Assembly: GCA_937863565.1 (NCBI GenBank)
Contig: CALMGJ010000010.1
Coordinates: 75,413-139,412, forward strand
Source: an uncultured bacterium
GTDB taxonomy: Bacteria; AUK180
Reading direction: 5' to 3'
DNA: 64,000 nt
This document shows, piece by piece, positions 40,287 to 50,346 of this stretch (positions are counted from its first letter, which is position 1; every line of letters starts with the position of its first letter). The position numbers and the translations under genes are program-made. The notes beneath the pieces were generated by a model, which saw only the letters and a list, made by a program, of their open reading frames with translations, did no database searches and had not been told where the DNA came from.

Positions 40287-40787
40287 ATGGGTACCAAAGG
40301 CAAAGCTATCGTAGGGATCAGGATCAATGATCTTATCAAACTTCTGAACAGCGCACTGGCGGACGAGTGGCAGGCGTACTACCAGTACTGGATCGGAGCG
40401 AAGGTCATTAAAGGGCCTATGAAAGAAGCTGCTATCGCGGAACTTCTCCAGCATGCGGCGGATGAGCTCAGGCATGCCGAAATGGTCAGCGGCCGCATTA
40501 TCCAGCTGGGCGGCACTCCGGTGCTCACGCCCGTAGAATGGGCAAAAGTGTCAAATTGCGGTTATGATGCTCCGAAGGATCCGTTCATTAAAAAAGTGCT
40601 CCAGCAGAACATCAAAGGCGAGCAGTGCGCGATAGAGGTCTACAATCAGATAGTGAAGCTCACAAAGGATAAAGATCTTGTCACCTTTAATATGGCGGTG
40701 CAGATCATGACGGACGAAGTCGAGCACGAAGAGGACCTCCAGGCGCTTCTCGAAGATTTCGAAACGATGAAAAGGTCGTTCAAGTGA
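40287..40787 (+). CDS. Ferritin-like (four-helix-bundle, bacterioferritin/Dps-like) protein
   Basis: 166 aa; paired E…ExxH diiron-type ligands (EWQAYYQY…ELRHAE; EVEHEED). Confidence 0.7.
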   Translation: MGTKGKAIVGIRINDLIKLLNSALADEWQAYYQYWIGAKVIKGPMKEAAIAELLQHAADELRHAEMVSGRIIQLGGTPVLTPVEWAKVSNCGYDAPKDPFIKKVLQQNIKGEQCAIEVYNQIVKLTKDKDLVTFNMAVQIMTDEVEHEEDLQALLEDFETMKRSFK

Positions 40788-40799
40788 AAGGGAGATGAC

Positions 40800-42128
40800 A
40801 TGAACAAAGCATTTCTTGAGGGTCTTCAGAGCCTGACGAAAAAGTACGGAGAGAAACTTAACTTTTCGTACTCCGAATGGGAGACGGATTTCCTGAGGTT
40901 TTACAGGAGCAAGACGAATTACAATATCAGCAACCGTATAAATACTCTCGGCTGTACAGTCCACAGAGGAAAGCGTGCGATGAGCTTCTCTATCGACGAG
41001 CCCGATATTGCCGGGGTAGAAAAGAAATTGCAGGCCGTCCTTGCGGTTATAGACGGTATCCCTGAAGATCCCGACTTCGTAGACATCGAGAACGACACAA
41101 GGGCCGCTCTGGCCGCAGAAACGGTGAATAATATCACTGCGGTGGGTCTTGAAAAAAAGATCGGTCTACTCAATGAAATAAAAAGGGACGCCGCGACAAA
41201 AGGCTTCAGGATCTTCGGGACTTTCATTACGAATTATGTCGAACATGCTGTAATAAATTCCAGCGGGGTTTTCAAGACCTCGGTCACTTCTCCATTCTTG
41301 TTGGATGTCAAGGCGGTCAAGGACGACAATGACGTCACAGTGATCGAGAACACGGGGGGCAGCGATTACGGCGCTTTCTCTGAAAAGGATTTCCGCGCCT
41401 CTCTTTCTGCGAAGATGGATAATGCCGGAAAAGAGCTGATCGATATGGAGCCGGGAAGATACGAGGTAGTGCTCTCTCCTTCAGCCACGGCCGAGTTCAT
41501 GGGCTATCTTCTGGCTCTTGCGAACGGCGGAACGCTGGACAGCAATAATTCGTTCTTCGAAGGAAAAGTTGGGCAGAAATTATTCCCGGAAACGCTCACG
41601 GTCACCGATGACCCCTTAAATCCGAGGCTTGTGAGGACGCCATATAACGACGAGGGAAGACTTCTCGGGAAACTTCCCGTAATAGAAAGAGGAGTGTTCA
41701 GGAATTTCTTCATCGATAATTATTACGGCAACAAACTGAAAATGGATAAAAACGGCAATTCGGGCTCGAACATCGTCATTGGAAAGGGGAAGATACCTCT
41801 TTCCGATATGATCAAGGGGATCAAGAAGGGTCTTTTTATCTCTAACCTGCATTACATGAACTTCATAAATCCCAAAGAGACCTCGGTGACCGGTCTTACA
41901 AGGGACGGCACTTTTTTGATCGAGAACGGGGAGATCAAAAACGTTGTGAACAATCTCCGTTTCACGGTGAAGATAGAGGAAGTATTCCGCAATGCCGTTG
42001 AATTCGAGGATAGGGAACATGTGCTTGCGCGCTCGGGCAATTACGGTGAATTCGGGATCAATACGGCTCTTGCCCCGCATATCAAGGTGAAGGATTTCAA
42101 TATCACCTCGTCGACAAAGACGGTATAG
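40800..42128 (+). CDS. TldE/PmbA-family protein (pair 2)
   Basis: PmbA/TldE-like, no HExxxH; C-terminal GxxxG…beta region similar to pair 1 TldE. Confidence 0.82.
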   Translation: MNKAFLEGLQSLTKKYGEKLNFSYSEWETDFLRFYRSKTNYNISNRINTLGCTVHRGKRAMSFSIDEPDIAGVEKKLQAVLAVIDGIPEDPDFVDIENDTRAALAAETVNNITAVGLEKKIGLLNEIKRDAATKGFRIFGTFITNYVEHAVINSSGVFKTSVTSPFLLDVKAVKDDNDVTVIENTGGSDYGAFSEKDFRASLSAKMDNAGKELIDMEPGRYEVVLSPSATAEFMGYLLALANGGTLDSNNSFFEGKVGQKLFPETLTVTDDPLNPRLVRTPYNDEGRLLGKLPVIERGVFRNFFIDNYYGNKLKMDKNGNSGSNIVIGKGKIPLSDMIKGIKKGLFISNLHYMNFINPKETSVTGLTRDGTFLIENGEIKNVVNNLRFTVKIEEVFRNAVEFEDREHVLARSGNYGEFGINTALAPHIKVKDFNITSSTKTV

Positions 42129-42137
42129 GAGACTCTG

Positions 42138-43577
42138 ATGAAGAACACGGCTTTAAAGATATTGAACAAGATAGAAAGGTCGGGGATCACGTATGCGGAC
42201 GTAAGACTTACGTCCACCGATAATGAAGGGTTCCATTTTGAAAGAGGCGCTCTCAAAGGCATGGGCGGCCAGAAGGACTCGGTAAGAGTGGGCATACGGG
42301 TGCTGGCTGAAGGGACCTGGGGTTTTGCCGCCGGTTCTGATATTTCGGATAACGCTGTCGATGCGATGATCAAAAAGGCAACGGACAATGCGAAAAAGGG
42401 AAGCAGGTTTCAGGCTGAAAGAGATGAATTCAAGCCGATCAAGGGGATTGAAAAAGAGTACCGGTTCAAACCCGAGATCGATCCGTTCACGATGCCTCTT
42501 GAAGAAAAACTTGCCTACTTGGAAAAGCTCGCGAAGATGATCGCGGGTGACCCCAATATTCCGTTCTCCATTGTGGATCTTATGTGCTACAGGCAGCATA
42601 AAGTGTTCGTCAATACCGAAGGCATGATCGCGGATACTGTCGTTTACGACATCAAACCTTCCATGATGGTGATCGCCGTCGGCCCGGGCGGAGTGATGTC
42701 CAGAACATTCCCCGGACATATGGAAGCGAGAAGAGGGGGCTTCGAAGTGCTGAAACAATACGACTTCGAGGGAAATGCCGAAAGGATAATGAAAGAAGCG
42801 GCGGAACTTCTGACGGCAAAAGGAGTTGAGGATGACGAAGGCGATATTATAATCGGCGCCGGCCATCTCGCTCTCCAGCTTCACGAATCCGTGGGGCATG
42901 CAACTGAAGCGGACAGAATATTCGGCATGGAGATATCTTACGCGGGCAAGACTTTTGTTAAGCCCTCCATGATAGGCAATTTCAAATACGGTTCGGATAT
43001 ACTCACGATATACACGGATGCCAGTGACGAGCGGGGCATCGGATTCCATCCTGTCGACGACGAAGGCGTGCCGGCAAAGAGAGTGGATATCATTAAAAAC
43101 GGAGTCCTGAAAGACCTGCAGACATCACGGCAGATCGCGGATAAACTCGGGCTGGAGCCCTCGTCCAATATGAAGGCCTCGTTCGCCTCGGATTTCCCGC
43201 TGGTCCGCATGACCAATCTCTGCATTGAACCCGTAAAGGGAAGCCTCAAAGAGATGATCGCCGGAACAGAGAACGGATATCTTGTTGATTTCACGAAGAC
43301 CTGGTCGATTGACGACAACAGGAATAATTTCCAGTTCACGACCGAAATAGGCTGGAAGATCAAAAACGGGAAGATCGAGAGGGTCGTGAGGGAACCCACT
43401 TATTTCGGCATAACCAAGGAATTCTGGAATTCCTGCGATGCGATATGCGGACCCGAGGAATGGAACTATTACGGAACTTTCTTCTGCGGCAAAGGCGAAC
43501 CGGGTCAGGCGATGCACCTGTCGCACGGCGTGGCGCCTGCACGTTTCAGGAAAGTGAAGCTTCTTAAAAGCTATTAA
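42138..43577 (+). CDS. tldD: TldD-family metallopeptidase (pair 2)
   Basis: HExxxH motif QLHESVGHATEADRIFG; C-terminal CGKGEPGQ; 479 aa. Confidence 0.88.
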   Translation: MKNTALKILNKIERSGITYADVRLTSTDNEGFHFERGALKGMGGQKDSVRVGIRVLAEGTWGFAAGSDISDNAVDAMIKKATDNAKKGSRFQAERDEFKPIKGIEKEYRFKPEIDPFTMPLEEKLAYLEKLAKMIAGDPNIPFSIVDLMCYRQHKVFVNTEGMIADTVVYDIKPSMMVIAVGPGGVMSRTFPGHMEARRGGFEVLKQYDFEGNAERIMKEAAELLTAKGVEDDEGDIIIGAGHLALQLHESVGHATEADRIFGMEISYAGKTFVKPSMIGNFKYGSDILTIYTDASDERGIGFHPVDDEGVPAKRVDIIKNGVLKDLQTSRQIADKLGLEPSSNMKASFASDFPLVRMTNLCIEPVKGSLKEMIAGTENGYLVDFTKTWSIDDNRNNFQFTTEIGWKIKNGKIERVVREPTYFGITKEFWNSCDAICGPEEWNYYGTFFCGKGEPGQAMHLSHGVAPARFRKVKLLKSY

Positions 43578-44422
43578 GGATATCTGAAGACGAGGACATT
43601 CTCCGCCGGGGGTTTGTCCCAGAAGAAAAAGCCGTTCTCGATAAGGAACGGGATATGTCTTTTCAGATATGAAGGTATGACAAGTTCATAGCCGGGCGCT
43701 TCGCATAGAGCATTGAACGAGCGTATCAGTTCAATTATATCCGCCTTTCTGAAGGATACTAAAGTGAAGGCCCTGTCTTTCCTTTTAGGGTTCCTCTCGT
43801 CAAAAAAGATGCTTTTTCCCGCAATATAGGTCCTTATCCTGCTCTTCAGATACCTGATGCCCTCGGGAGTGTTCTTAATATGATGCCATCCGAGCGGGAT
43901 ATGTTCTCCGAACCGGGAGAACATCATCGGCGGAATAAGAGTGCGTTCCGGTTCGATCACGGTCTTCCTTCTTTTCCTGAAGATTACGGTGAACGTTTCG
44001 CAGAGCCTGAATCCTGCTTTTCCGGCTATATCGATGCTTTCACGGTTCATATAATAAGTGGAGAATTCGAGATGTCTCAGCTTCCTGCTTTTTATCATTT
44101 CGCTGCCTTGAGCGAACACGTACCCGGCCAGCATCTTGCCGTAGCCTTTGCCTTGATAGGCGGGGTGTATCCTCAAACCTTCAAGCCAGCCTACTTTCCC
44201 CGGAAAGAGGGTCAGTTTCCCGACGCCCACCGTCTTGCCGCCGAAAGTGAGCGCATAGAGGCCTCCTTCCTTGAGCCAGAAAGGGAAAACATCTTTGAGA
44301 TAATCTTCTCCACCCCAGGTGAGATCGGAAATCTCCGCTATATCCCTTAGATCGGAAGGCCGGGCCTTCCTTATCCGGGGACTATTTGAAATGTTCGGGG
44401 AAGAAGATCCTGTATTTGTCAT
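43574..44422 (-). CDS. GNAT-family N-acetyltransferase with about 150-aa C-terminal extension
   Basis: GNAT motif A IHPAYQGKGYGKML. Preferred start is the internal Met 44422 (MTNTGSS…), because the ORF-tracker start 44542 would overlap MTAP by 160 nt. Confidence 0.7.
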   Translation of the reverse strand: MTNTGSSSPNISNSPRIRKARPSDLRDIAEISDLTWGGEDYLKDVFPFWLKEGGLYALTFGGKTVGVGKLTLFPGKVGWLEGLRIHPAYQGKGYGKMLAGYVFAQGSEMIKSRKLRHLEFSTYYMNRESIDIAGKAGFRLCETFTVIFRKRRKTVIEPERTLIPPMMFSRFGEHIPLGWHHIKNTPEGIRYLKSRIRTYIAGKSIFFDERNPKRKDRAFTLVSFRKADIIELIRSFNALCEAPGYELVIPSYLKRHIPFLIENGFFFWDKPPAENVLVFRYP

Positions 44423-45251
44423 GCTTCTTCCAGTCAATATGATCGTTGGATGTCTGAACAGCCCCGTCCAACGCATGATGACATGCGCAGTCGGCCGCAG
44501 TATCCGCATGCTCGAAAATGTAGCCGAGTATCCTCTTGGCATTCCCGATATTGTGCCTCATATTGCCGAGCACCATCTCTACGGACACTGCCTCCTCTCC
44601 TTCGAACCAGCAATCATAATCCGTCGAAAGCGCTATTGTGACATAACACATCCCGGCCTCCCTTACAAGTTTCGCCTCGGGAAGGGCTGTCATGCCGATA
44701 ATATCCATGCCCCACTGCCTGTAGACCTTCGATTCGGCCTTTGTGGAAAATTGCGGTCCTTCCATGCATAGATATGTGCCCGACTTATGGTGGGCGATGC
44801 CGAGCTCTTCGCAGGCCTTGACCGCCAGAGCGCGCATACCGCCGCAGAAGGGATCGGCAAAAGGTATATGTACAACGACTCCTTCGCCGAAGAATGTGTT
44901 CACGCGTGAGCGCGTCCTGTCGAATATCTGATCGGGTATCACGACATGTCTGGGTTCGATCTTCTCCTGAAGGGAACCGACCGCGGAAACGGAGATCACC
45001 TGCTTCACGCCGAGTGATTTCAATGCCCACACATTGGCTCTTACGTTTATCTCGGTGGGGAGTATCGTATGTCCCGTGCCGTGCCTGGGAAGAAAGGCCA
45101 CCGATCTACCGTGTATGTCGCCAACCGTTATCGGGGCCGAAGGGTTGCCGAACGGGGTTTTTACAGTAATTTTCTCTATGTTCTCGAGTCCTTCGAACTT
45201 GTCAAGGCCGCTTCCGCCGATCACTCCGATCTGTGCCTGTTTCTGCGTCAT
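44382..45251 (-). CDS. mtnP: S-methyl-5'-thioadenosine phosphorylase
   Basis: MTQKQAQIGVIGGSGL N-terminus, PNP/MTAP family motifs; 289 aa. Confidence 0.88.
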   Translation of the reverse strand: MTQKQAQIGVIGGSGLDKFEGLENIEKITVKTPFGNPSAPITVGDIHGRSVAFLPRHGTGHTILPTEINVRANVWALKSLGVKQVISVSAVGSLQEKIEPRHVVIPDQIFDRTRSRVNTFFGEGVVVHIPFADPFCGGMRALAVKACEELGIAHHKSGTYLCMEGPQFSTKAESKVYRQWGMDIIGMTALPEAKLVREAGMCYVTIALSTDYDCWFEGEEAVSVEMVLGNMRHNIGNAKRILGYIFEHADTAADCACHHALDGAVQTSNDHIDWKKHDKYRIFFPEHFK

Positions 45252-45363
45252 AATACACCTCTTATTAATATGAAAATTTTCTTATGATAATATTAAAACG
45301 GGAAATATTCAAGCGGAAATTTCAAATTGCCGCAAACTTCTGGTCTCGGAATTTATGATGTTC

Positions 45364-45391
45364 TTGACTGTTTTGTCCGATTTGCTATAAT
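45364..45391 (+). promoter_or_regulatory. Near-consensus sigma70 promoter for methyltransferase gene
   Basis: TTGACT-16-TATAAT, then GGGAGG RBS at 45404 and ATG 45413. Confidence 0.7.
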
Positions 45392-45412
45392 GATCATTAT
45401 AAGGGAGGCTGA

Positions 45413-46132
45413 ATGAAAGAGAAGGACCCGGCTAAGATACTTGGCGGAATATCCGGCGGTAGGATCCTCGACGCGGCCACGGGATACGGGAATACGATAA
45501 TGCAGCTGAAGGATTCCCTGAAGGATTTCGACGAGATCATCGGCATCGATACGGTCCCGGCGGGACCGGTACTTGAAAAAGCACGGAGCGTATTCGACGG
45601 AAAAAAGATTAAATACATGAGGATGGACGCTGCGGAACTAGATTTCCCGTCCGGCAGTTTCGATACGGTCTCGATGGGTAATTCGCTGCACCATCTGTCA
45701 AAACCGGCTCAAGCACTGAAAGAAATGTTCAGAGTACTGAAACATGGAGGGACATTAATTGTAAATGAAGTATACCGCGACGGACAAACGGAAGAGGAAA
45801 TGACCCATGTTCTGCTCCATCATTGGTGGGCGAAGATAGACTCCAAGCTCGGGATAACCCACAATGAAACATATATCAGGGGAGAGATCCTGAAAATGAT
45901 CGGAGGACTCGGCCTTTCCCGTACTGATGACTTCGACATCACCGACAGATCCGATCCATTTGACAGGGAAAGGCTCGATATGATCATTGGAACATTCGAA
46001 ATGTATCATAAAAAAGCGGAAGAACTTGAGGATCGCGAGGAGCTCATCGCTGAAGGCCAAAAACTAAAGGATATGATCGGGAGAAAGGGCTTCAGATGGG
46101 CAAAGATGCTTCTTGTCATCGGTAAAAAATAG
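45413..46132 (+). CDS. Class I SAM-dependent methyltransferase
   Basis: SAM-binding motif I ILDAATGYGNT; Methyltransf_11-like; 239 aa. Confidence 0.8.
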   Translation: MKEKDPAKILGGISGGRILDAATGYGNTIMQLKDSLKDFDEIIGIDTVPAGPVLEKARSVFDGKKIKYMRMDAAELDFPSGSFDTVSMGNSLHHLSKPAQALKEMFRVLKHGGTLIVNEVYRDGQTEEEMTHVLLHHWWAKIDSKLGITHNETYIRGEILKMIGGLGLSRTDDFDITDRSDPFDRERLDMIIGTFEMYHKKAEELEDREELIAEGQKLKDMIGRKGFRWAKMLLVIGKK

Positions 46133-46383
46133 GGACGTTGGTTGACATTGTTGACAAGATGCCCGTAAACCGCACCTAAATCTTTTCTAATAGGGATATT
46201 ATTTAAAACAGTATAAGAGCCCGACATGATGGCGGCGCTGAACGGACCCCGCCCATGCAAAATTGAGGAATCATGCAAAACAGCAAGGATTTATACGGAG
46301 TTGAATATGAAATTTCACCTTTTTCAACCACCGTCCCTCTTGCATCCCTTGCAAAAAAGGCTGAAAAGCGTTAAAATATATTA

Positions 46384-47565
46384 GTGAACGATAAAAAAGT
46401 CAAAATCCTTCATATAATCACACGGCTTATCGTCGGCGGAGCGCAGGAAAATACGATGTTCTCCGTGGAAGGTCTCATCGCGGACGGCTGGGAAACGGAC
46501 CTTCTTTCAGGGCCGACATACGGTCCGGAAGGGGAGATCGTGGGAAAGATCAAATCCAAAGGCATACCGCTTTACATCGAACCTTCGCTCCACCGCAACC
46601 TTAATCCCGTGAATGACATCAAAGCATTCTTCCGTCTTATCCGCTTCATTAAAAAAGGTAAGTACGGCATCGTCCACACCCATTCCTCAAAAGCCGGTAT
46701 ACTCGGCAGATGGGCCGCGTTTTTTGCCGGAGTACCTGTGATCGTACATACGATACACGGGCTTCCTTTCCACGAATATCAGGGCGCGTTCGCCAATTTG
46801 CTTTATATATTCTCCGAGCGGATCACTGCTCCCATTACAACACAGACCGTTTCGGTCTCTTCCAATATCATCGAGAAATGCCTCAAAAAAAAGATCGGAA
46901 AAAGAAAGAACTATTCAGTGATCCGCTCAGGGCTCAATGTGGAGGATTTCCTGAGGGCTGTCGGTGAAGGCCCGGCCGTGAGGGAAAAACTCGGCATCGC
47001 GAAAGATAGGATGGTCATAGGGATACTGGCCCGTCTTTTCCATCTTAAGGGTCACGATTACATTATCGACGCTGCACCGGAGATCGTAGCCGCGCACCCC
47101 GAAGTTGTCTTCCTTTTCATTGGCGACGGCATACTGAGATCAACTTTTGAGGAAAAGATTAAAAAACTCGGCCTTGAGGAGCATTTCGTATTTGCCGGCC
47201 TTATCTCCCCCGGGGATGTGGCGCGGTATATAGATGCCTGCGATCTGATCGTTCATCCCTCCCTTCGCGAAGGTCTTCCAAGGGTCGTCCCGCAGTCGTT
47301 CATTTTAGAAAAACCGGTAATCGCCTTCGATGTGGACGGGACTTCCGAAGTGGTCATTCCCGGGAAGACCGGCCTTCTTGTGGCTCCCAAAGATACGAAG
47401 GATTTGAAAAATAAAGTAATTTATGGTATAAATAATTTTAAAGCCATGAAAAATATGGCAATAAACGGAAAAAACCTTGTTTTGGAATGCTTTACTATAG
47501 GCAAAATGGTGGAAGATATCGAAAAACTTTACGGCAGGTGTTTGAGTGTTAGGCAGAAAGGATAG
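46384..47565 (+). CDS. Glycosyltransferase family 4
   Basis: KILHIITRLIVGGAQE N-terminus, C-terminal EGLPRV…E motif of GT4. Confidence 0.85.
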   Translation: MNDKKVKILHIITRLIVGGAQENTMFSVEGLIADGWETDLLSGPTYGPEGEIVGKIKSKGIPLYIEPSLHRNLNPVNDIKAFFRLIRFIKKGKYGIVHTHSSKAGILGRWAAFFAGVPVIVHTIHGLPFHEYQGAFANLLYIFSERITAPITTQTVSVSSNIIEKCLKKKIGKRKNYSVIRSGLNVEDFLRAVGEGPAVREKLGIAKDRMVIGILARLFHLKGHDYIIDAAPEIVAAHPEVVFLFIGDGILRSTFEEKIKKLGLEEHFVFAGLISPGDVARYIDACDLIVHPSLREGLPRVVPQSFILEKPVIAFDVDGTSEVVIPGKTGLLVAPKDTKDLKNKVIYGINNFKAMKNMAINGKNLVLECFTIGKMVEDIEKLYGRCLSVRQKG

Positions 47566-49579
47566 TTCAAAAAACTTCGAGAAATTCATTAGCGAAGCGA
47601 TCATTGAACTTGATAAAAAAGCATACTCAAAGGCTGAAAAGCTTTTCCAGAAAGCGAAGGAAACTGACCCGGAAAGATATGAGTCGTACCTATATCTCGG
47701 CAATCTCTATTTCGAGCAGAACAATGAATCGAGCGCCAAGGAGAATTTCCTCAAGGCTATTTCGATAAATACGAAACTCAAGGAAGATATATCCAATTCC
47801 GCAGTGGCTTACTGGGAGAAGAAAGTATATGCGAGAGCTATTGCCGAGCTCAAGAAACTTGTTCTCATCGATCCATTGAATTCGGAGTATATTTCGGACC
47901 TTGTGAAGATCTATATGGAGATCGAGAATTTCGACGAAGCGAGAAAACTTCTCGAAAACCTCTATGAAAAGAACAGGGACAATCTCGACATCATCCAGCA
48001 ATTAACATACCTCTTCGAGGATATGGGGGATTTCAACCGGGCTTTAGAATTCTCTGAAAAGGTCATCATGGAACGTTCGGAAGACCCGTTCGCCGTCAAT
48101 AACCACGGCTATATCCTGCAGAAACTCGGGAGGGAAGACGAATCGCTGGATTATTTCGATAATGCCATTCAGCTCGATTCGATGAATTCGATGTTCTGGA
48201 TGAACCTTGGGGTAAGCCTCAAGAACCTCGGCAGATACGATGAGGCGCTTGAGAAACTCGACAAAGCTTATGAACTTTACCCGGAAGACATCAATGTGCT
48301 CGACGAACTCTCGTCAACTTATATAAAGAAGGGCGACCTCACAAAGGCTACGGAATTTCTGAATAAGATACTCGAGATCAACAAAAACGACGCCCACGTA
48401 CATAAGAACTATGCCGAGATCTACTATCTGAACGGTGAAAAAGAGAAAGCGATCGAAGCGTACAGGAATGCGATAGCCCTGAACCCGAAGGGGAAGGACA
48501 ATTATTTCAGGCTGGGGCAGATATATTATGAAATGGGCGATTTCGAGAACGCCAGGAATTTCCTCAAGACCGGGGCCAATCTTTTCCCGAAGGCGAAGGA
48601 GATAATAAAGCTCATCGGCATCATCGAGTTCGAGGGAGGGAATTATTCCGAGGCGATCAAATACTATAAGCGGTACATCGCCAATAACCTTTACGATCCG
48701 GAGATCCTTGCCAATCTCGGTTTTATCTACAAAGAACTCGGTTTCATCCATTTCGCCATCTGGTCCTACGAAAAGGCCAATTCAATCAAGACGGACGAGA
48801 AGGTGCTCGAAGCGCTGGCAGAACTCAGTTTCAGGGTCCGCAAGATCGAGGACAGCGTGAACTATCTTAAAACCCTTCTCAGCATCACGCCTACCACGCT
48901 CAAGTACTATACGATGCTCTCGAAGATACTGATCGAGAAAAAGGACTATTCGCATGCCTTTGCCGTTCTGGATGTTGCCGCAAAAATGAAACCCGATCAT
49001 TACGAGATACTCATAGAACAGGGCAATATCCTGATGTTCGAAGGCAAGTATAAGGAAGCGCTCGACATTTTCAAATCCGCGATCTCCAAGAACCCGAAGG
49101 CCAATGAAGGCTATATAGCGATAGCCAAACTTTTCCTTGCGATAAATCAGCCCGAAAAAGCGGAAATGATGCTCAATCAGGCGATCAAATTCGCCGGCGG
49201 TTCAGCCGAGGTTTATTTCTTCTTCGGCGATACGGTAGGGAAATTCCCCAACAGGTTCGAAGAAGCCGTAAGCTATTACGAAAAAGCCAAGGAATTGAAC
49301 CCGCATATCGCCGCCACGCATTTTAAACTGGCACAGCAATATATTGAGATGGGTCTTCTGGACGATGCCGCCAATGAGGTCATCATGCACCTCAAAGAAT
49401 TCAGCGACGATGCTGAAGCCCTTAAGATTTCCGGGTATATAAATATTCAGAAAGGGAATTTCCAGGAAGCGCTCGATATCTACGAGAGGGTGATGAATCT
49501 CAGCGAGAAGAAAGAGCGCAATATCGAGAACATAATTCAGATCCTGAAGGAAGAGCTCGATTCAAGATTGAAAAAATGA
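47546..49579 (+). CDS. Large TPR-repeat protein
   Basis: 677 aa of tandem TPR units (AxxxY/NLG motifs). Confidence 0.8.
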   Translation: MLGRKDSSKNFEKFISEAIIELDKKAYSKAEKLFQKAKETDPERYESYLYLGNLYFEQNNESSAKENFLKAISINTKLKEDISNSAVAYWEKKVYARAIAELKKLVLIDPLNSEYISDLVKIYMEIENFDEARKLLENLYEKNRDNLDIIQQLTYLFEDMGDFNRALEFSEKVIMERSEDPFAVNNHGYILQKLGREDESLDYFDNAIQLDSMNSMFWMNLGVSLKNLGRYDEALEKLDKAYELYPEDINVLDELSSTYIKKGDLTKATEFLNKILEINKNDAHVHKNYAEIYYLNGEKEKAIEAYRNAIALNPKGKDNYFRLGQIYYEMGDFENARNFLKTGANLFPKAKEIIKLIGIIEFEGGNYSEAIKYYKRYIANNLYDPEILANLGFIYKELGFIHFAIWSYEKANSIKTDEKVLEALAELSFRVRKIEDSVNYLKTLLSITPTTLKYYTMLSKILIEKKDYSHAFAVLDVAAKMKPDHYEILIEQGNILMFEGKYKEALDIFKSAISKNPKANEGYIAIAKLFLAINQPEKAEMMLNQAIKFAGGSAEVYFFFGDTVGKFPNRFEEAVSYYEKAKELNPHIAATHFKLAQQYIEMGLLDDAANEVIMHLKEFSDDAEALKISGYINIQKGNFQEALDIYERVMNLSEKKERNIENIIQILKEELDSRLKK

Positions 49580-50346
49580 AGATCAGCGTTCTGGGCTCAG
49601 GAAGCAAAGGCAATTCGATCTTCTGTCAGCTGAATGAGACAAAGATCCTTATAGATATAGGTTTTTCTTATAAACAGACGAAAGAGCGGTTGGAGAAAAT
49701 AGGGGAAGATCCGGAGAACATACAGTTCATACTGATATCGCACGAACACAGCGATCACATCGGGGGCCTCGAAGCATTCAGCGCGAAACACGGTAAAAGA
49801 TTCTTCATCTCCCGGCATTCACTGGCCAAGATCAAAAGCAAGATTAAGAACGTCGAACTCGCGGAGGCCTTTGAAGCGGGCCAGAGCATAAGGGGAAATG
49901 ATTTCGAGATCTGCACGTTCCCCCTCAAGCATGACAGCGCTCAGAACACAGGTTTTTTTCTGAAAGACAAAACCGGCACAGCGCTTCTCATCTATGATAC
50001 CGGAGAGATCCCGGAAGATATTCTCAAAAAGTACGGGGATGCAGATATCCTTGTCATCGAAGTTAACCATGATGTCGAGATGCTCTACGGTTCGAGATAT
50101 CCTTGGATGCTTAAAAAGAGGATCTTGAGCGAAAAAGGACATCTTTCGAATGAGCAGGGCTTCCATGTGGCCGAACGCCTTTCCGCGGGGCGTAAAAAGC
50201 TCAAATATATCTTCCCCGTTCACATAAGCGAGGAGAACAATCATATCGAACTTGTAAGAAAGGCTTTCCACGGAAGCAAGATCGCGGAAGGGCCCGAGCT
50301 CGTAGAGAGTTATCCGGATAAACCGACCAAATTGGTGCAGTTGTGA
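49576..50346 (+). CDS. MBL-fold metallo-hydrolase
   Basis: HEHSDHIGGL metal-binding motif; 256 aa. Confidence 0.8.
   Translation: MKISVLGSGSKGNSIFCQLNETKILIDIGFSYKQTKERLEKIGEDPENIQFILISHEHSDHIGGLEAFSAKHGKRFFISRHSLAKIKSKIKNVELAEAFEAGQSIRGNDFEICTFPLKHDSAQNTGFFLKDKTGTALLIYDTGEIPEDILKKYGDADILVIEVNHDVEMLYGSRYPWMLKKRILSEKGHLSNEQGFHVAERLSAGRKKLKYIFPVHISEENNHIELVRKAFHGSKIAEGPELVESYPDKPTKLVQL

Noticed and set aside
42153-43049. 298-aa minus-strand ORF antisense to the second tldD
   Set aside because: Opposite strand of a gene with clear HExxxH metallopeptidase signatures; no motifs of its own.
44422-44542. Long N-terminal extension of the GNAT gene
   Set aside because: Would overlap MTAP by 160 nt. 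The GNAT beta1 strand begins just after the internal Met 44422, so the shorter model is preferred.
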